Source of the DNA: an uncultured Peptococcaceae bacterium
GTDB taxonomy: Bacteria > Bacillota > Dehalobacteriia > UBA4068 > UBA4997
Assembly: GCA_965149945.1 (NCBI GenBank)
Contig: CBCTTQ010000004.1
Span: forward strand, 10,851-74,850
Length of the DNA: 64,000 bases
Reading direction: 5' to 3'
The notes under the pieces are model-generated. The model was not told the origin of the DNA, made no database searches, and worked only from the letters and a program-made list of their open reading frames with translations. Made by a program: the position numbers and the translations under genes. Positions within the stretch are counted from its first letter, which is position 1; every line of letters starts with the position of its first letter. Positions 48,788 to 57,771 of the stretch are shown in pieces.

Positions 48788-49396
48788 TTGAAACAACAGC
48801 GAATCAGCGGAGAACAGATTCTGTCCGCGGCTAAAAAAATTGCCCGCGAAGAAGGACTGCAACAGGTCAATATTCGCAATGTGGCGAGGGAATCGGGGAT
48901 TTCCGTCGGTTCTGTTTATAACTATTACGAAACCAAGTGGGAGTTGGTTTTTGATGTGGTGCAGGACTATTGGCAAAGCGTCTTGAAAGAGGTGAGCCTT
49001 TCCGGATTGCCGCGAGAAAATTTTTGTACTTTTTTCGCGGCGTTTTATCACTTGCTCTGGGAAAATTTTTTGGAGTTTATCACCGGTTGGGTATCGGTAA
49101 TGTCTTCGTTCCATGAGGAAGAAAAGCATCTGGGACGTCAAAAAGAAGCGGAAATTTTTGACGAGGTGAAAGCATTGCTTACGCAAGTGCTGGCAGAGGA
49201 TAAAAACATCGATCCCCGCCTTTGGGAAGAAACATTCAGGCTGGAGGAAATGGTGGAATTTATTTTGTCTAATTTGCTCAATTTGTTGAAACAGCGGCAG
49301 CGGGACTGTGATTTTTTTGTACAAGTGCTGAGGCGTTTGTTATATGATTCAGTGCCGAGAACCGCCGAAAAGAGAGGATTGGTTGATGAGGCGTGA
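48788..49396 (+). CDS. TetR/AcrR family transcriptional regulator
   Basis: HTH ILSAAKKIAREEGLQQVNIRNVARESGISVGSVYNYYETKWEL. TTG 48788 lies 7 nt after AAGGAGGA. The track start at 48725 has no RBS. Confidence 0.85.
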   Translation: MKQQRISGEQILSAAKKIAREEGLQQVNIRNVARESGISVGSVYNYYETKWELVFDVVQDYWQSVLKEVSLSGLPRENFCTFFAAFYHLLWENFLEFITGWVSVMSSFHEEEKHLGRQKEAEIFDEVKALLTQVLAEDKNIDPRLWEETFRLEEMVEFILSNLLNLLKQRQRDCDFFVQVLRRLLYDSVPRTAEKRGLVDEA

Positions 49397-50018
49397 GAAA
49401 AGCGGCGGGGTTTTTTGGCAACTGCCGCCCGGTTATGAAGAAATTGACGGTTGGGATTTGCTGCGTAATCGAAAACAGTTTTTGGCGGTGAACGGGCTGT
49501 CTCTGCTGATTGTGGTGATTATGGTGATTTGGGGTCTTTTTTTACACCCTGTCCATTTTTCCTTCGCTGATGGAGCTTGGCTGCGTTTTTTTTGTAAGGC
49601 AGCAGTGTTTTTGATTGCGGCGGTAGTTTATATGGCGCTGCACGAAGGGGTGCACGGGATTTTGATTCGCCTGTTCAGCGGTCGCCCCGCGCGTTACGGC
49701 GTAGGGTTTGGCTATGCCTACGCCGCCAGCGACGCCTATTTTGACCGCGTCCGCTATTTGATCATTGCCTTGGCGCCGGTGATCATTTGGGGTGTGGTTT
49801 TGTGTCTGTTGCTTAGGGCGTTCCCGGCTTGGTTTTGGGTACTTTACGGTGTGCAAATTTTGAATCTTTCCGGGGCATCGGGAGATTATTTTGTGGCTGT
49901 TTCCATGCTTCGTTTGCCTGCCGGCAGTTTGGTACGGGACAGCGGAACAAAGATGCGGATTTACGTCCCTGCGGCGGAGCGGCAAACGAAGGAAAAAAGC
50001 GGGAATTTTGGGGAATAA
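49386..50018 (+). CDS. DUF3267-like membrane protein with an HExxH motif (putative zincin metallopeptidase)
   Basis: LHEGVHG within a TM-flanked region. ATG 49386 overlaps the TetR stop. Confidence 0.65.
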   Translation: MRREKSGGVFWQLPPGYEEIDGWDLLRNRKQFLAVNGLSLLIVVIMVIWGLFLHPVHFSFADGAWLRFFCKAAVFLIAAVVYMALHEGVHGILIRLFSGRPARYGVGFGYAYAASDAYFDRVRYLIIALAPVIIWGVVLCLLLRAFPAWFWVLYGVQILNLSGASGDYFVAVSMLRLPAGSLVRDSGTKMRIYVPAAERQTKEKSGNFGE

Positions 50019-50032
50019 TTTGGCGGTGTCTC

Positions 50033-50061
50033 TTGACAAATTGCCTGATTCGGCATATCAT
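50033..50061 (+). promoter_or_regulatory. sigma-A promoter of glyA
   Basis: TTGACA, 17-nt spacer, TATCAT. Confidence 0.65.
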
Positions 50062-50083
50062 AGAAGTATTGCTGAAAGTTTTC

Positions 50084-50113
50084 GCTTTTGGTGGTGATGC
50101 TTTTGGTGGTGAT
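50084..50113 (+). repeat. perfect 15-bp tandem duplication in the glyA 5' leader
   Basis: GCTTTTGGTGGTGAT occurs twice, ending 8 nt before the SD AGGAGG. Confidence 0.9.
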
Positions 50114-50135
50114 ACTATATTAGGAGGAAGAACTC

Positions 50136-51395
50136 ATGGATTTACTGAATTTTGTAAGACAAACTGACCCTGCTGTAGCTGACGCGTTGGATAAAGAGTT
50201 ATCCCGCCAAAGAAATAAAATTGAGCTGATCGCCTCTGAAAACTTCGCTTCATTATCCGTTATGCAGGCCCAGGGGTCTGTAGGAACAAATAAATACGCC
50301 GAAGGATATCCGGGCAAACGGTATTACGGTGGCTGTGAATATGTCGATATCATTGAAGATTTGGCCAGAGATCGCGCCAAAGAACTGTTTGGCTGCAAAT
50401 ATGCCAATGTGCAGCCCCACAGCGGCGCCCAGGCAAACACTGCCGTTTATTTTGCGCTGCTGAACCCCGGTGATAAAGTACTGGGTATGAATTTGGCTCA
50501 TGGCGGTCATTTGACACACGGCTCCCCGGTGAACCTGTCCGGAACGTACTTTAACTTCGCGGCCTATGGAGTAGAAAAAGATACAGAAGTCATCGATTAT
50601 GACCATGTGCGGGAAATCGCCAAAACCGAACAGCCTAAACTGGTGGTTGCCGGCGCTTCCGCTTATCCCAGAATCATCGATTTTGCTAAATTGGCAGATA
50701 TCGCCCATGAAGTGGGGGCTTTGTTAATGGTGGATATGGCGCATATCGCGGGTCTGGTAGCGGCAGGTCTGCATCCCACGCCCATCGGTCACGCGGACAT
50801 CGTGACGACTACTACTCACAAAACATTGCGCGGTCCTCGCGGAGGTATGATTTTGACCAATGATGAAGATCTCTTCAAAAAAATCAACAAAGCAGTATTC
50901 CCCGGCACCCAGGGTGGTCCTTTGATGCATGTTATCGCCGCCAAAGCGGTGGCTTTGGGCGAAGCTTTGGATCCTTCTTTCAAAGTATATCAGCAGAATG
51001 TTTTGAAAAATGCCAAGGCCATGGCGGAACGTTTGCTGGAACATGGATTCCATCTGGTATCCGGCGGTACCGATAACCATTTGATTTTGGTAAATCTGAT
51101 CAGCAAAGGTTTGACCGGCAAAGTGGCGGAAGCCCGTCTGGATTCTGTGGGCATCACCTGCAACAAAAACGGTGTTCCCTTTGACCCGGAAAAACCCTTC
51201 GTTACCAGCGGTCTGCGTTTGGGCAGCCCGGCTGCTACTACCCGTGGTTTTGATGAAGAAGCTATGCGGAAAGTTGCCGACGCCATCGATTTGACTTTGT
51301 CTTATGGTGAAGACGAAGCCAAAATGGCAGAAGCCGCCGACATTGTGAAAGAACTGACTGCGGCTTATCCCTTATATCCTGAATTGACCAAATAA
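50136..51395 (+). CDS. glyA: serine hydroxymethyltransferase
   Basis: PLP-lysine motif [14 protein letters not shown]; 419 aa. Confidence 0.97.
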   Translation: MDLLNFVRQTDPAVADALDKELSRQRNKIELIASENFASLSVMQAQGSVGTNKYAEGYPGKRYYGGCEYVDIIEDLARDRAKELFGCKYANVQPHSGAQANTAVYFALLNPGDKVLGMNLAHGGHLTHGSPVNLSGTYFNFAAYGVEKDTEVIDYDHVREIAKTEQPKLVVAGASAYPRIIDFAKLADIAHEVGALLMVDMAHIAGLVAAGLHPTPIGHADIVTTTTHKTLRGPRGGMILTNDEDLFKKINKAVFPGTQGGPLMHVIAAKAVALGEALDPSFKVYQQNVLKNAKAMAERLLEHGFHLVSGGTDNHLILVNLISKGLTGKVAEARLDSVGITCNKNGVPFDPEKPFVTSGLRLGSPAATTRGFDEEAMRKVADAIDLTLSYGEDEAKMAEAADIVKELTAAYPLYPELTK

Positions 51396-51431
51396 GGGCG
51401 TGTCATAGCAAAAAAGAAAGGGAGGAGTTTT

Positions 51432-51983
51432 ATGCGTCAGTCCTGGACAGAATATTTCATGAGTCTGGCTTATCAGGTGGCGACTCGTTCTACTTGCGTA
51501 CGACGCCATGTGGGCGCTGTGGCTGTCGGTTCCGGTCACCGAATCATCGGTACAGGGTATAACGGCGCGTTGCCCGGTACGCCGCACTGTGATGAAATCG
51601 GCGGTTGTCTCCGCAACAAATTGGGTGTTCCGTCCGGCGAACGACAGGAAATCTGTCGGGCGCAGCATGCGGAAGCCAACATTTGCAACACTGCCGCGAA
51701 ATTCGGCATCTGCCTGGATGGAGCAACCATCTATGTGACCCACCAACCTTGTGTCACCTGTGTCAAAGCCATGGTCACCTGTGGCATCAAAACGGTGATT
51801 TTTGATGATGAATATCCCGATGATTTGGCTTGTCAGTTGGCAAGAGAAGCCGGTATGGAATTGATCAGTTATGAAAAGCAGCTGGCACGGGAAGCAAAAA
51901 AACGCGAAGCGTCTCGTTATTTGGCCACTAATATGAATCGGGATGAGTATCGAGATGATGATATGGGGTATTCCGAACGCTAA
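51432..51983 (+). CDS. dCMP deaminase (ComEB-type cytidine/deoxycytidylate deaminase)
   Basis: Zinc motifs HAEANI and PCVTCVKAM. Charged C-terminal extension of about 35 aa. Confidence 0.88.
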   Translation: MRQSWTEYFMSLAYQVATRSTCVRRHVGAVAVGSGHRIIGTGYNGALPGTPHCDEIGGCLRNKLGVPSGERQEICRAQHAEANICNTAAKFGICLDGATIYVTHQPCVTCVKAMVTCGIKTVIFDDEYPDDLACQLAREAGMELISYEKQLAREAKKREASRYLATNMNRDEYRDDDMGYSER

Positions 51984-52020
51984 ACGGATGGTCATAACAA
52001 TGAAATAAAACAATGAAATA

Positions 52021-52060
52021 AAAAAAACTTTCTCTGTTTTTGCAGAGAAAGTTTTTTTTA
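52021..52060. terminator. rho-independent terminator (bidirectional shape)
   Basis: Stem AAACTTTCTCTG/CAGAGAAAGTTT flanked by A7 and T8 tracts. Confidence 0.85.
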
Positions 52061-52482
52061 TCCGGTAGCAGAAATCTCTTTATCAAGATCGGCTGCCCCA
52101 AAGAAGCGATATTATTTTACGGAAGGGTGGTATTCCTTGTCAAAAAGCGCTTACTAAATGAATAAAGATTGCTGAGAAATTTCTGTTTGAAAAGGATACC
52201 TTGAAAAATCGACAGAGATAGGCGGAGCATTTCAACAAAAGAAATCTTTGAAATTTCGCGAGGCAATTTCTGAAATCTATGGAGTTTGTTAATAGGAAGC
52301 GATGGGCAAAAGGGTTACGCAAGCTTTTGAGTAAAATAAAATCGTGTGCAAAATGCTGATGGTGATTGAGGAAAATCGGCTCATCGACAAGCCTTTTCCC
52401 AAAAGCAAAATTCTTCCCCCGAAATGGGATTTTTGAATTTCTCCCTGAAGAATTGCTTTTACGATGAGATTGCGGGAAATCC

Positions 52483-54078
52483 TCAGCGATCGGGTTTCGT
52501 TGTCGGCGTTTTGGGATTTTCTGTTTCTTTGTTGTCGGACAGCAGCGATGTGGATGTTGCTGTTTCGCTTTCCGTTTGAGTAAGGGCCGCGTCTTCTTTG
52601 GCGGTAGATTTTTTGGTGGCTTGCGTTGTTTTTTTCTCCGCGGGTCCCCAGAAGGAATGATAGTCAGCGCTTGACTGCTGTTCGCCAGCGCTTTGCTTTT
52701 TTTTGGAATCGGCGGCTTGTTTGGCTTTTGCCACTTTGGTCATTTGTTCTTGGAAATGCTTTTCTCGGATCATCTGTTCTTGCAGCATTTGTTTTCGTAG
52801 ATAGCGTTCTTGGATCATTTGCACTTTCATCTGTTCATGTTTTTGGATTTTATCTTGGTACATGCGGTCATCGGCTGCTTTATAAATTTGCCGCAGTTTC
52901 TCTTGGTCGTTGACATCGCTTTGATCCATACAAATACCGCGGGCGATAGAAAGAGGATGGATTTGTCGTAGATTGTGGGCGGCAATGCATTCGTCCAGAC
53001 GGTGCATTCCTTCTTCCATATTATAGGAGGAATTGACAGTTAAAACAGCAAACTCATCCCCTCCGGTGCGGAAGCAACGAGCCTCTTTGTCAAAGACTTT
53101 CTCGATACAGTGGGCGGTATCTTTCAGCATTTGGTCGCCGGCGGCGTTGCCGTAGCGGTCGTTGATTTCTTTCAGATTATTTAAGTCGATAACCATGAGA
53201 CCGATGGTTACGGAGCCTTGGTATTCTTTGTCCAAATGGTAGTAGAAATCTTCAAAAGCCAAACGGCTGCTCATCCTTGTTTGATAATCGATCAAAGCGT
53301 GTTGGCGCAGAATCTCGTCTTTGGTCTCTTCTCGGATGGAGCTGTCTGCCCAACAGAGGGTGTAGCAGAACAACCCCGCGAAAAGAAGAACCATTCCCGC
53401 GGTCAGGAGCAGATTATGTTCCGGTGAGGCGAGGAATTCCAGCAAAAAGCAGCAGCCTAACAGCAGATTGCTGATGCCCGGGAAACGGAAAAGTCGCGGT
53501 TCCTCTTTGCGGTTTTGATAGAAGAGGTAGAAGAAGAACAGAAGGCAGAGACTGTTTACCAGCCTTGTCAACCATTCCATTTCACTGAAGTGATAGGCTG
53601 CTGTCAAATGAAGGATGTTTTGCGCCAGAAAAGTCGCTGTTAACAGCAAAGCGGGCAACAGGAGTTTTTCCTGTTTTTGCGGCAGCAAACGGGTGAGCAG
53701 CAAAAGATAAGGGAACAGCAGGATTTGCTGAAGTTGTTGGGCGATCAGATCCGTTGCCGATCCGCTGAAAAAATCGGCGCTTAAAAGCAACAGTACCAAA
53801 GCAAACAGCCAGAAAAGCAAGAAGCAGAGGACAGTTTCTTTCTGCCGCCGCCAGGCGCTGTGAGGCAGCCAGCGGATAGCGGCTGTTTCTATACCCAGCA
53901 CGAGAACGAGCATCAAGCCCAGTGCGGCGAATAATTGTGTCGCGCCGAATTCTGTCATGGTGGGAGGCTGCAACAAATCCATGAAGCAGTAATAGACGCT
54001 GCTGATGACTGCAATAGCGGTGCAGAAAAGAAAGGCGATGAGCAGAATTTTTTGCTCTTGAATGGTCATTTGTTTCAT
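52483..54078 (-). CDS. membrane-bound diguanylate cyclase (GGDEF domain)
   Basis: About 8 N-terminal TM helices, the active-site motif RTGGDEFAV, and a long Gln/Lys-rich C-terminal tail. Confidence 0.88.
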   Translation of the reverse strand: MKQMTIQEQKILLIAFLFCTAIAVISSVYYCFMDLLQPPTMTEFGATQLFAALGLMLVLVLGIETAAIRWLPHSAWRRQKETVLCFLLFWLFALVLLLLSADFFSGSATDLIAQQLQQILLFPYLLLLTRLLPQKQEKLLLPALLLTATFLAQNILHLTAAYHFSEMEWLTRLVNSLCLLFFFYLFYQNRKEEPRLFRFPGISNLLLGCCFLLEFLASPEHNLLLTAGMVLLFAGLFCYTLCWADSSIREETKDEILRQHALIDYQTRMSSRLAFEDFYYHLDKEYQGSVTIGLMVIDLNNLKEINDRYGNAAGDQMLKDTAHCIEKVFDKEARCFRTGGDEFAVLTVNSSYNMEEGMHRLDECIAAHNLRQIHPLSIARGICMDQSDVNDQEKLRQIYKAADDRMYQDKIQKHEQMKVQMIQERYLRKQMLQEQMIREKHFQEQMTKVAKAKQAADSKKKQSAGEQQSSADYHSFWGPAEKKTTQATKKSTAKEDAALTQTESETATSTSLLSDNKETENPKTPTTKPDR

Positions 54079-54307
54079 TACAACACCTCATCGAATCAGT
54101 TTTGAGTTTTTATTCAAAAAAATCTTTATATTTACCTTATTCTATCATATCATTTTTTTTCTGAACAGACAATCTTTTTTCGACAAAAAAACATCCTTTC
54201 TCTGGTCATTGTCAATTTGAGGAAAGTGTGATACAATTAGTATCAAAATAAGTGCTTTTTGGGGCGTACTGAATAAATAAAATGAGAAAAGCGGCAGGGT
54301 GATCAAT

Positions 54308-55438
54308 ATGATGAAAACTTTGATGAAACGAGAAAATGAAGCGATTCGCGGTGAAATTGCCGTGGCGATTGAAAGCGTCATGCGTAAAGGGGATTACCAT
54401 AATGAGGATCGCGTATTGGCTTTTGAAGCGGAATTGGCGCGAGCCTTCGATATCAAAAATGCCGTTACTTGTCATTCGTCGGCGGCGGCTATGCAGATGT
54501 TGCTGATGGCTTACGGTGTTGGTCGCGGTGATGCGGTATTCATGAGTGATTGGGGTGGTTTGGCTGTGGCGGAAGCTACCAAGATTTTAGGCGCGACACC
54601 GGTTTTCGTAGATGTCGATCCCACCAGCGGTTGCTTTGATCTCCATCACCTGGAAGCCCAAATTCAGATAGTCATGACGGATACCAAGTTGCAGCCGAAA
54701 GTGGTGGTGACGGCAGACAGTTTCGGCCGTCCGGAGCAGTATTTGGCGGTCAATGAGATTATTCGTACCTATGGGTTGATTTTGATAGAGGATGCTACCA
54801 AAAGTCTGGGAGGCTCTTATAAAGGATTGCAGTGCGGCTGTTTCGGTCATGCCGCTATTACTTCTTTTGATTTCGGCAGCCCTCTTTCCGGGATTGGCAG
54901 CGGCGCCGCTGTTTTGACGGATTTCAAAGACGTTGCGGGGCTGGTTTGCGCTGAGCGACGTCACGGGTTGGTGGCGGAGAAGCCGGAATTATTGGGGATG
55001 GAGTCCCGTCTCGATGTATTGCAGGCGGAAGCTTTGCGGGTAAAACTACGACATTTCCCCACCGCGTTGCAAAAATCTGCTGAGATCGCAAAAGAGTACG
55101 ATCGGGCTTTCATGGGGAAAGTACAGTTTCTTCAAAGCGAAGAAGGCAGTATCCCTTCCTGGCATGAATATGTTTTTTTGGCGGAAGATGCCGCCCAAAG
55201 CCGCCAAATCAAAGAGGCATTGACTGAAAAGAATTGGAAAGCCAGCCCATTGCCTTTGTTAATGCTGCACACAGTGCCCTTTTTCGCTGATCGAAAATAT
55301 CAAAATGCGCCGGAAGATTTCAGCGGCGCGCGGGAACTGGCGGAAAAAATCGTACGTTTGCCCATCTCGCCGTATCTGACAGACATTGAACAGGAAGAAA
55401 TTATTGAAACGGTGTTGTCCTGTACAGGAGATCGATAA
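54308..55438 (+). CDS. DegT/DnrJ/EryC1/StrS aminotransferase-family protein lacking the Schiff-base lysine
   Basis: Family-typical IEDATKSLGGSYKG...SFDFGSPLSGIGSGAAVLT. Ser (54878-54880) sits where SFxxxK has the PLP lysine. Confidence 0.75.
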   Translation: MMKTLMKRENEAIRGEIAVAIESVMRKGDYHNEDRVLAFEAELARAFDIKNAVTCHSSAAAMQMLLMAYGVGRGDAVFMSDWGGLAVAEATKILGATPVFVDVDPTSGCFDLHHLEAQIQIVMTDTKLQPKVVVTADSFGRPEQYLAVNEIIRTYGLILIEDATKSLGGSYKGLQCGCFGHAAITSFDFGSPLSGIGSGAAVLTDFKDVAGLVCAERRHGLVAEKPELLGMESRLDVLQAEALRVKLRHFPTALQKSAEIAKEYDRAFMGKVQFLQSEEGSIPSWHEYVFLAEDAAQSRQIKEALTEKNWKASPLPLLMLHTVPFFADRKYQNAPEDFSGARELAEKIVRLPISPYLTDIEQEEIIETVLSCTGDR

Positions 55439-55489
55439 AATTTTTTTCTGAGAGAAAGCAGAAAATCTAAAAAATATGGGGAAAATGGG

Positions 55490-55517
55490 TTGACATGAGC
55501 GGAGGATATGTTATAAT
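55490..55517 (+). promoter_or_regulatory. extended -10 promoter of the DUF134 operon
   Basis: TTGACA, 16-nt spacer, TGtTATAAT. Confidence 0.65.
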
Positions 55518-55549
55518 GAACATATGTTAAAAACATATGTTCATTATAA
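55511..55549. promoter_or_regulatory. 39-bp perfect palindrome overlapping the -10 element (operator candidate)
   Basis: TTATAATGAACATATGTT-AAA-AACATATGTTCATTATAA, with 18-bp perfect arms. Confidence 0.7.
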
Positions 55550-55572
55550 GTCGAAGAAAGATAGGTGAACCG

Positions 55573-56019
55573 ATGCCCAGACCGCGAAAGTGCCGGAGAA
55601 TATGTAATTTGCCTATGTGCTGTCACTTTCATGCCGAAGAATCCGGCAGTCAGGGTCGGACCATTGAGGTAACATTAGAAGAATTTGAGACGATTCGTCT
55701 CATTGATTACAGTGGCATGACACAGGAAGAATGCGCCGCGCAGATGTTGGTTGCGAGAACCACCGTGCAGCGGATCTACAATTCCGCCCGCAAGAAACTC
55801 GCTGAGTTTTTGATTGGAGGCGGGAGTTTGACCATTTCCGGCGGCGATTACACTATTTGCGGCAATCCTATCTGTGGAGGAACACGCCACTGTTGCAATT
55901 GCCCGGGGCGAAATGACGCAGGAGAATGTGACCCGGAAAGCTGTCCTATCGGTAGTCCCGTCTTTCAGACCGCGCAAAGGAGTGCTGAAAATGAAAATGA
56001 AAATTGCAGTAACTTATGA
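55573..56019 (+). CDS. DUF134 (UPF0251) family putative DNA-binding protein with a Cys-rich C-terminus
   Basis: MPRPRKCRRI N-terminus and the HTH-like segment EEFETIRLIDYSGMTQEECAAQMLVARTTVQRIYNSARKKLA. Confidence 0.8.
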   Translation: MPRPRKCRRICNLPMCCHFHAEESGSQGRTIEVTLEEFETIRLIDYSGMTQEECAAQMLVARTTVQRIYNSARKKLAEFLIGGGSLTISGGDYTICGNPICGGTRHCCNCPGRNDAGECDPESCPIGSPVFQTAQRSAENENENCSNL

Positions 56020-56305
56020 CCAAAACGGAAATGTTTTCCAGCATTTCGGTCATACAGAACAATTTAAAGTGTATACCGTGGATACCGATGAAGCCAAGAT
56101 TCTTTCTTCGGAACTCTTGTCCGCCGGCGGCAGTGGACATTGCGCGCTGGGTGGTTTCCTGAATGAACAGGGGGTGGATGTTCTGATTTGCGGCGGTATC
56201 GGCGGCGGCGCCAGAAACAAACTGGCGGAAGCGGACATTGCCCTTTATCCCGGTGTGACAGGTAAAGCCGATACGGTAGTACAGGATTTGCTGAACAAAA
56301 CATAG
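55991..56305 (+). CDS. NifB/NifX-like (dinitrogenase Fe-Mo cofactor biosynthesis domain) small protein, ending at TAG
   Basis: MKIAVTYDQNGNVFQHFGHTEQFKVY...VDVLICGGIGGGARNKL is typical of the family. SD is AAAGGAGTG. Confidence 0.82.
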   Translation: MKMKIAVTYDQNGNVFQHFGHTEQFKVYTVDTDEAKILSSELLSAGGSGHCALGGFLNEQGVDVLICGGIGGGARNKLAEADIALYPGVTGKADTVVQDLLNKT

Positions 56306-56401
56306 GCTTTTGATCCCGATACAGTTTGTGACCATCATTCTCATAACGGCGATGAATGTCCCGGTCATGATGAAAATTGCGGACATGATTGTCATCATTA
56401 A
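56306..56401 (+). other. in-frame 31-codon His/Cys/Asp-rich extension immediately after the TAG stop of the NifX-like gene
   Basis: Hand translation gives AFDPDTVCDHHSHNGDECPGHDENCGHDCHH*. The strong terminator lies after this segment, not after the TAG. Confidence 0.5.
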
Positions 56402-56436
56402 GACACTTTCTCCTTTTCGGAATCTCTTTAATATAA

Positions 56437-56476
56437 GTCGGAAGGTACGGCATTTGCCGTACCTTTCGACTTTTTG
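56437..56476 (+). terminator. rho-independent terminator
   Basis: 15-bp stem GTCGGAAGGTACGGC/GCCGTACCTTTCGAC followed by T5. Confidence 0.9.
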
Positions 56477-56611
56477 GTTGTCGGGAGGAATTTGTCAGTG
56501 TTGTGAGAATCATGATTTCTTTTTGAGTTTTCTCGGAGCGGGCTACTTTTTCTGTTTATTTATGTTATAATAAAAAAATAAAACAGGGGAGCGAAGAGAA
56601 AGGGAGCGGTT

Positions 56612-57505
56612 GTGTTGATAACAAAATTGAAGAACAGCTATCATACTTATGCTCTGATTACTATTTTGTTTTGGTCTCTGACATACGCGCTGACCAAAAT
56701 TTGTATGACCTATTTTACCAGTCAGGCATTAGCGTTTTTGCGTTATTTTATCGCTTTTTTGACGATGCTGATTTTTATTGCTTTTTATCGGCTGAAACTG
56801 CCTCGCAAGCGAGATTGGATTTGGTTTTTTTTGTCCGGATTTTTCGGTTTTGCCTTTTATACGATCGTATTCAACAAAGGGACTGCTTTGGTGACCTCTG
56901 CCACCAGCAGTTTGGTAATTGCCTCCATTCCCATCATCACGGCGCTGCTGGCGTCTGTGACCTATAAAGAGAAGTTGAAAGGTTATCAATGGGTGGCGAC
57001 TTTGGTGGAATTTGCCGGCATTGCCGTGGTGACCTTATGGCATGGCGTTTTTTCAATCAATATAGGAATTCTTTTGCTTTTGGTCGCGGCTCTTTCTTTC
57101 AGTGTGTATAACCTTTGTCAAAGACGTTTGCTGCGGATTTATCCGGCTTTGCAATGTTCGGTATACAGTATGATTGCGGCCATGATTTTGCTGACGCCCG
57201 GATCGGTGCAGACAGTGCGGCAGCTGCCCGGCGTCGGCGCGGAAGTGTTGGTTTCCGTTTTGATTATGGCGGTGTTTTGCAGCGCGCTGGCATATAATAC
57301 ATGGGTGAAGGCATTGAGCTTAGCAAAAAAAACGTCCTATGTGACTAATTATATGTTTTTGTCGCCGGTTTTGGCGACATTGTGGGGTTTTTTGTTGTTG
57401 CGGGAGGTTCCTGATCTGGGAACGTTGATCGGCGGCGCCATGATTTTGTGCGGGTTGATTATCTTTAATCAGGAATCTTTTCGGGAGGCGCTGCACCGCG
57501 CCTGA
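56612..57505 (+). CDS. EamA/DMT-family transporter
   Basis: 297 aa with 10 TM helices in two EamA-like halves. GTG start. Confidence 0.8.
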   Translation: MLITKLKNSYHTYALITILFWSLTYALTKICMTYFTSQALAFLRYFIAFLTMLIFIAFYRLKLPRKRDWIWFFLSGFFGFAFYTIVFNKGTALVTSATSSLVIASIPIITALLASVTYKEKLKGYQWVATLVEFAGIAVVTLWHGVFSINIGILLLLVAALSFSVYNLCQRRLLRIYPALQCSVYSMIAAMILLTPGSVQTVRQLPGVGAEVLVSVLIMAVFCSALAYNTWVKALSLAKKTSYVTNYMFLSPVLATLWGFLLLREVPDLGTLIGGAMILCGLIIFNQESFREALHRA

Positions 57506-57541
57506 AGCAGACGGAAAGGAAGGAAATTCGCCAGATTCTCC

Positions 57542-57570
57542 TTGACAAAAGCGACGTTTTATTTTATTAT
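57542..57570 (+). promoter_or_regulatory. sigma-A promoter of the SRP RNA gene
   Basis: TTGACA, 17-nt spacer, TATTAT. Confidence 0.6.
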
Positions 57571-57581
57571 TAATATTGTCG

Positions 57582-57727
57582 TGTGGAAACACTGTGCTGA
57601 CGATTGGGTCCCGCGCAGCGAGAGACTGTGAACCGTGTCAGGTTCGGAAGAAAGCAGCACTAAGCAGTTTGTCTCGGGTGCCGCGGGGGCGCCTGGTTCG
57701 AGCAGTGTTTCCGCCGGCATTTTTTTT
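57582..57727 (+). ncRNA. ffs: signal recognition particle RNA, short (4.5S-like) form; ends approximate
   Basis: Domain IV core GTGTCAGGTTCGGAAGAAAGCAGCACTAAGCAG matches the conserved GUCAGGUCCGGAAGGAAGCAGC with its GGAA tetraloop. A terminal 10-bp helix GGAAACACTG/CAGTGTTTCC closes the molecule, and a T8 tract follows. Confidence 0.85.
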
Positions 57728-57771
57728 GCCTTTTTTCATAAAATAAAATCAGAACACTGAGAAAATTTGCG

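Noticed and set aside
50019-50135. ZTP (pfl) or THF riboswitch upstream of glyA.
   Set aside because: The leader is only about 70 nt and lacks the conserved CCGCCTGGGC-type pseudoknot element. Only the 15-bp tandem duplication is notable.
56310-56570. 86-aa ORF downstream of the NifX-like gene.
   Set aside because: It is in a different frame from the His-rich tail, spans the strong terminator hairpin, has no RBS and has an odd hydrophobic, low-complexity composition.
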